Origin: Alkalispirochaeta sp.
Lineage (GTDB): Bacteria; Spirochaetota; Spirochaetia; DSM-27196; Alkalispirochaetaceae
NCBI GenBank assembly: GCA_965601925.1
Contig: OZ271854.1
Location: 224,001 to 288,000 of the forward strand
Length of the DNA stretch: 64,000 nt
Direction of reading: 5' to 3'
The first letter of the stretch is position 1; each line of letters opens with the position of its first letter. Made by a program: the position numbers and the translations under genes. Shown in pieces: positions 58,842 to 64,000 of the stretch. The notes below the pieces were generated by a model. The model did no database searches, was not told the origin of the DNA, and saw only the letters and a program-made list of their open reading frames with translations.

Positions 58842-61800
58842 CTACCGCGCGACGATCACCTTTCGATACTCATCCACACCCGGAGCGACTACGCGAATGA
58901 AGTAGATCCCGCGCGCTACGGCCCTTCCCGAGTTGTTCCGTCCATCCCACGCGTGCCGGAAGGTCCCTTGCCCCTGTCGCCCGCGCTGCAACGTCCTGAC
59001 GATACTCCCGTCCAATGAAAACACGTTGATCGTCACCATCCCGGGCCGGTCCAGTTCATACACCAACACCGTGCTCTCACCGCGATCCGGATAGATCACG
59101 TTGTTCAGGATTGTTACGTTCCCCCGCTGCTCGATGAACCCGGTCCCGATCCCGATTCGCCACGGCGCGACGGTACGTGGGTCGCTTACGTCGCTCGACG
59201 TCGCCGCCGCCAACGGTCCGACGCGAAACTGGAACTCCAACACGTCTCCATTCCGCATCTCCGCATCGTTCCCGGGGATCACGAACGTCCGGAGTGCGCC
59301 GTCCACCTCAAACGGTAGTACCGTCCTCGCCGGCGCCGTCGCGCCCGACTCGATCAGCCCCGGTATCACCGTCGGCGACCAGTACTCGCCCACGCGCTCT
59401 TCGTCTCCGATATCGATGTCGTACAACAACGATACCGCCCGGTTCGCATCGGTCGTGTTCAGCCGTCCCTGCAACGTGATATCGGTGCGTGACAGCTCCT
59501 CAGTCCCATCGAAGCTTCGGATCGTTCGAAATCCCCCCGTGTCCGCTCCCGCATCATTGATACCGAACGAGTCGGTCGCCCACAACGGATCGACCACGCC
59601 GATCGCCACGTCCGACAACCGTCGCTCATCGCTCACCGGCATCGCGTTCTCAGCGGCGTCGTAGATCCGATCCGACGCGGTCGGCCGGAGGCGCAGACTG
59701 AACATATCGTCGGCGGTGATGGTGTCCTGCAGCGTCAAAAACGCCTCCAGCACTCCGCCCACCGTAAAACCGCTCTCACTCTGCGACAGGATCTCCAACG
59801 CCGTCGGCGGATTCCCGACCACCGCAAAATCGTTAAACGCGATCGGAATCGTGCGGTCGCTCTCATCCCCGAATACCGGCTCGCTGAACTTAAGATACAC
59901 TCGATTGGCCCCGACGATCGCCAGAGCTAACTCGATATTGGGCGGCGTGCGTTCGATCGCCTGCATCGGCACCGTCGTCGATGGTAACAGATTCCCCGCG
60001 AGGTCGGTGATCCGTGCCAGCGTTGCGTCGTACTCCACGTATAAGTTCGTCAACGAGCCCCACGGATGCGTCGCGCCGGTGCTGTCCAGCTCGATCCGCA
60101 TGTACGCATCGTTATCCGGATTCGCCATCGGTGCTCCGAACACACCTTGATCCTCCACCGTCGTCTCGAACCCTACGACCAACCCCGGCGTCGATAGGTT
60201 ATTGAGCAACGGCACGATATCCACCTCCTCGATCGAAAAGGCGTCGATCGGCGTCAGCCCACCCAAGGTCGAGAATGAGATATCCCGGATTCCCTCGTTC
60301 GCTCGCGTGTTGGTGTGCGTCAGGTCGGCATTGCTCGAAAACCCTTGCGGATCCCACAGCCCGACGCCGGCCGGGTTGTCTTCTTGTCCATCCGCAACAT
60401 TGCCGTAGTCGAGCGACTCATTGTCCAGGATGTGAAACTCAAGATACTGCACCAAGTTCGGCGCGGTCGACGCTACGCGCGTCACGATCTCGGTCGTCAC
60501 AACCTCATTGACCACCGGGACGACATTGACCTCAAAGGTGGAGAAGGTCGGCGGTTCGACGTCCCATGCATTCAGCCATTCGGCCGCGACCGTCGGACCC
60601 GGGGCCACACCCGCGGGGTCTGCGACGACCGTCACCGTATCGATCGTGTGATCAACGGCATTTGCCGCCGGCGATACATCCTGAATCGCCGGATTCGCCA
60701 CGACGTCGATCGTTACGGCGCCCGTCGCGTTTATATTCGGCATACTCCCGTGCCACCCGAGAAACTGCTCCGCCGCCGCCGTTCCCATGTTGTATCCGCT
60801 CAGGTAGATTCGCAGCTCCTGAGCACTGTTATTGAAGGCCCCGGGGCTTGCGCTGTCGGTACGAAATAGTGCGTTTGCGGGTCCTCCGCCGTCTCTCGAG
60901 CCTCGCTCCATCGGCCCGGTACCGTCGGGATCGGTGTAGGTGAAATAGCCGTCCACCAGCACCAGCCCCCCACTGTCCCGAATGTCGCCGCCGATCAACG
61001 TCCCGGCCCCCGCGTCCGCCTCACTTCGTACGTTCTCGGCGGTTGTAGCCAACGCTCCGCCGCCGATATCGATCGGTTCGGAATAAAACAGGTGCAGATA
61101 GTTGTGGCCGTCGTAGGTCCTCGTCGCCGGGTGTTCGTGTCCGGCGCGCCCGTACTCCACGAGATACAAGACCGGGCCTGCACCGTCGTCGGTAGCGGTA
61201 AAGCGTGCCGCTGCGACGTTTGCGCCGTAATTGACGACGCCGTTGTTTCCTCCCGCATCGAAGAACACACCTTTGATCCAGCCGAGATCGGGAACGGCGG
61301 TACGCACGGTACCGTCGCGATCCGTGGCGGTGCCGCTGACCGATGCCGACGCACCGGTGGCGTCGGTGTTCCACGGATTTCCGCCGGTCTCTACATAGAA
61401 CGTCGTTACGTCACCCTCTCCGTCGGTGGTGGTGAAGGTATAGGGCAGCGTATCCGGTGTCGCGTCGGCATCGACGTATGTCGCCACGATTGCGTCCGCG
61501 CCGCCGTTGGTCGACAGGGACGCGATAGCGGCGCCGATCTCGTTGTTGGAGTTCTCGATCGCCTCCGAGAAGGTGAGCCGAATGACGTTATCCCTCACCG
61601 TCTGCGCGTAGGCGAGGTACGGAGCGACGAAATCCCACCCCTCGGTAGCGCTGTCGAGGCCGAAGTCGGTGTTGGTGGTGGCCGGTATCGCAGGAGGCGT
61701 GAACGGGAGAGAGAACGCTCCCGGTGCGTTCGGTACTACCGCCGCCCCGTCAGCCGTTACGTTGTTGTGCGTGTGCGGCGCGACGGCCGACGGCGCCGAA

Positions 61801-64000
61801 ATGCGTCCCTGAGTCACCGTTGAGTTACGTACGTCGCCGTTGAAAAAGACCGCGTACGGCGCCCCGAACGGCGGATTGCCGATCGGGTTCGAGGCGCTGT
61901 TGTCCTGAACCGTGAGCGTCCAGGCTCCGGTAGCGGTCATGTCGGCGCCGTTCACGTAAAAGTTACCGTTCCCGGCACTTCCTACGCTGATCGCGGCCCC
62001 GGCGAGGTCCGGAGAAAACGCCGCGGTCGTACCCACGGCAAAGTCACCGACGGTCGGTGAGTTGTAAGCGCCGCCGCCGGGGTAATACGCCAGCCCTGCC
62101 GCCGCAGGATAGGCGAATAGGGCGTTGTCGGCACCGTCGGTGGTAGCGCGGTCCGCATCGTCGGGGTCGTACGATGCGCCGAAGACGGCGAAGTCGTCTA
62201 CGGTCGATAGGGTGCTGTTGTTGGTTCCCAGGTCGAGGGTGCCGCGATAAAAGATGAGACGCCGCACGGTGATGTCGTTTGCGGGCTGAATCGTGGCACC
62301 GGGAGCGTCAACGTACACGTCGACGGCACTGATGTCGATCGGATTGACCGCGCCGCTCACGGTCGCCGCACCGAATACACGAATGTGGTTGAGCGGCACA
62401 CCGCCGCCCACCGCGGCGTCGAGCACGAGGTTTCCGGTGCCGGCGTCCAACGACAGAACATGTGTGTTCGCGGTGTCGGAGTTCACCGTGTTATCGAAGG
62501 TGATATTCCCACCCGCCGCACCGGTGTCGATTGCAACGTCTCCGGTGAGGGTGACGGGGCCGCTATACAGCACGGCATCGTCCGAAGTCGTCGCGTCGCC
62601 GGACGTAGCGACGGTACCGCCGGCGATACTTACCGCTCCATCGGCGGTAATGTCGCCGCCGAGCGCTATCTGCACCGACGTGGCGTAACTCGCAGCGACC
62701 GGTCCGGTACCGATCGTCGTAATCGCTCCGTTGAAGATACCGTTGGTCCCGGCCAACGAGATCCCTCCCGCGGCATCGGTATCGAGGGCGCCGAATCGCG
62801 ATGTGCCGCTTCCGGCGGTCTGTACGATGACGGCGGCGGTTATCGCCCCGGCGTCCGCCGTTGCACCGACGTTCCCGGCGACATTTGCGGCGGCGGTGAT
62901 CGTGAAGGTGCCGAGGCGCGTACCGCCGACGGCATCGACCAGTACAACGTTTCCGGCGTCGGCATCGAGGGTAAGGTTCTGAGCGCCCGCGGCAGTCGCG
63001 TCGACGGTACTCGCAAATGCGATATCCCCCGCGCCTACACCCGTATCGATCGCTACATGTCCGGACAGTGTTACCGCTCCCGCGAATGATACCGCGTCGG
63101 CGGTGGTCGTAATGTCGCCGGCGGTATTGACCGTCCCGCCGCCGGTTTGCGTAAAGGACCCGTCCAGATTCATGTCCCCGGCGGCCGCGATCAGGAGAAC
63201 ACCGGTGTGGTTGATACTCACCGTCCCCGTGGTTACCGAGTTGTCTATCGTTACGTTTCCGGCGTTTGTGACGGTAAGGGACCCCGGCGGCGTAGTGAAA
63301 CCGACGGTCCCGTTCAAAGCGACGTTACCGGCCCCTGCGTCGAGCGACAGGTCCTCGGTCGATGCGGTCGCCGCTTCGACCGCGGCGAGGGTTATCGTCC
63401 CCCCGCCGCCGCTCGTATCGATCGTCGTGGGGTCGACGCCGAGAGTGGTAGTTGCACTCGTATGGGTGAAGCCGCCGTCGGCGGTCACCGCGGCCGCAAT
63501 CGTCAGACCGGTACCGGTAGTGACCGTCAGCAGTCCCGAGATCGTCGTCGTACCGAGAACGAGAGCGTCGACGTCGTTGAGCGTGACCGCCGTCGCGCCC
63601 GGTAGAGTCGTCTGATCGCCGGTGTCGTCGCTGTCGAAATCGTTCGCGCTGTCGAGCACGATAGCGCCGGTCGCCTGAAGGGACGTCGTTCCGGCGACGG
63701 TGATTACCCCGCTGTCGGTGATACTCGTCGTCACGCCGGTGGAGTTCACGTTGAGACTCCCCGCAAGCGTAACCGTTGGAACGTCGATATCGGTATCGTC
63801 TACGAGCGTCAGGTTCCGCAGATTCGTGACGGGGAAGGCAAGCGTGCCGGTGAACGTATTGTTGGCGGTGTCCAAAATGACATCCGCGGCGGCCCCACCG
63901 CTCAACGTAAATGACGAGTTGCCGCCGACGTTCACCTCGCCGAAATCGGTCAAATGGCCGGCGGCGAGAGTGACGGTGAGATTTCCGGCGGCGTCGACCG
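58842..64000 (-). CDS. Giant surface protein (partial; 5' end beyond window) with beta-helix repeats and C-terminal FlgD-Ig-like domain
   Basis: Frame open to the window edge (>1700 aa); G/T/A/V/D-rich repeats; C-terminus VFSLDGSIVRTL...WDGRNNSGRAVARGIYFIRV. Confidence 0.88.
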   Translation of the reverse strand, partial: VDAAGNLTVTLAAGHLTDFGEVNVGGNSSFTLSGGAAADVILDTANNTFTGTLAFPVTNLRNLTLVDDTDIDVPTVTLAGSLNVNSTGVTTSITDSGVITVAGTTSLQATGAIVLDSANDFDSDDTGDQTTLPGATAVTLNDVDALVLGTTTISGLLTVTTGTGLTIAAAVTADGGFTHTSATTTLGVDPTTIDTSGGGGTITLAAVEAATASTEDLSLDAGAGNVALNGTVGFTTPPGSLTVTNAGNVTIDNSVTTGTVSINHTGVLLIAAAGDMNLDGSFTQTGGGTVNTAGDITTTADAVSFAGAVTLSGHVAIDTGVGAGDIAFASTVDATAAGAQNLTLDADAGNVVLVDAVGGTRLGTFTITAAANVAGNVGATADAGAITAAVIVQTAGSGTSRFGALDTDAAGGISLAGTNGIFNGAITTIGTGPVAASYATSVQIALGGDITADGAVSIAGGTVATSGDATTSDDAVLYSGPVTLTGDVAIDTGAAGGNITFDNTVNSDTANTHVLSLDAGTGNLVLDAAVGGGVPLNHIRVFGAATVSGAVNPIDISAVDVYVDAPGATIQPANDITVRRLIFYRGTLDLGTNNSTLSTVDDFAVFGASYDPDDADRATTDGADNALFAYPAAAGLAYYPGGGAYNSPTVGDFAVGTTAAFSPDLAGAAISVGSAGNGNFYVNGADMTATGAWTLTVQDNSASNPIGNPPFGAPYAVFFNGDVRNSTVTQGRISAPSAVAPHTHNNVTADGAAVVPNAPGAFSLPFTPPAIPATTNTDFGLDSATEGWDFVAPYLAYAQTVRDNVIRLTFSEAIENSNNEIGAAIASLSTNGGADAIVATYVDADATPDTLPYTFTTTDGEGDVTTFYVETGGNPWNTDATGASASVSGTATDRDGTVRTAVPDLGWIKGVFFDAGGNNGVVNYGANVAAARFTATDDGAGPVLYLVEYGRAGHEHPATRTYDGHNYLHLFYSEPIDIGGGALATTAENVRSEADAGAGTLIGGDIRDSGGLVLVDGYFTYTDPDGTGPMERGSRDGGGPANALFRTDSASPGAFNNSAQELRIYLSGYNMGTAAAEQFLGWHGSMPNINATGAVTIDVVANPAIQDVSPAANAVDHTIDTVTVVADPAGVAPGPTVAAEWLNAWDVEPPTFSTFEVNVVPVVNEVVTTEIVTRVASTAPNLVQYLEFHILDNESLDYGNVADGQEDNPAGVGLWDPQGFSSNADLTHTNTRANEGIRDISFSTLGGLTPIDAFSIEEVDIVPLLNNLSTPGLVVGFETTVEDQGVFGAPMANPDNDAYMRIELDSTGATHPWGSLTNLYVEYDATLARITDLAGNLLPSTTVPMQAIERTPPNIELALAIVGANRVYLKFSEPVFGDESDRTIPIAFNDFAVVGNPPTALEILSQSESGFTVGGVLEAFLTLQDTITADDMFSLRLRPTASDRIYDAAENAMPVSDERRLSDVAIGVVDPLWATDSFGINDAGADTGGFRTIRSFDGTEELSRTDITLQGRLNTTDANRAVSLLYDIDIGDEERVGEYWSPTVIPGLIESGATAPARTVLPFEVDGALRTFVIPGNDAEMRNGDVLEFQFRVGPLAAATSSDVSDPRTVAPWRIGIGTGFIEQRGNVTILNNVIYPDRGESTVLVYELDRPGMVTINVFSLDGSIVRTLQRGRQGQGTFRHAWDGRNNSGRAVARGIYFIRVVAPGVDEYRKVIVAR

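Noticed and set aside
1..64000. Prophage, IS elements, defence islands, tRNA/rRNA
   Set aside because: No integrase, transposase, phage structural, restriction or toxin-antitoxin signatures and no structural RNA motifs recognised

Overview
GC-rich, gene-dense chromosomal segment. Gene content (FemX-like transferase beside a spirochaete/eukaryote-like MetRS, short NFACT/RqcH, FecR and FlgD-Ig proteins, many lipoproteins) suggests a free-living spirochaete; this is inference, not a database result. About 57 CDSs: a HisD homologue-folC-macrodomain-RqcH-MEMO-pseudokinase cluster, murD, adenosine deaminase, metG-femX, an acoABC-type dehydrogenase with a divergent SorC regulator, slyD, trxB, an rseC-rnfBCDGEA operon, zwf-pgl-malic enzyme-TrxB-like, a two-component system, bcp, and the 3' part of a giant beta-helical surface protein. 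I found no rRNA, tRNA, transposase, integrase, cas gene or true CRISPR array. The main non-coding feature is a ~505-bp array of 18 hairpin-forming 27/29-bp G-rich units (43314-43818). It fills the space between two divergent promoters, upstream of a TPR / metallo-beta-lactamase-cNMP / gamma-carbonic-anhydrase cluster. Other signals: many apparently leaderless and bidirectional promoters, and several enzymes with altered catalytic motifs. All product calls come from motif recognition by eye.
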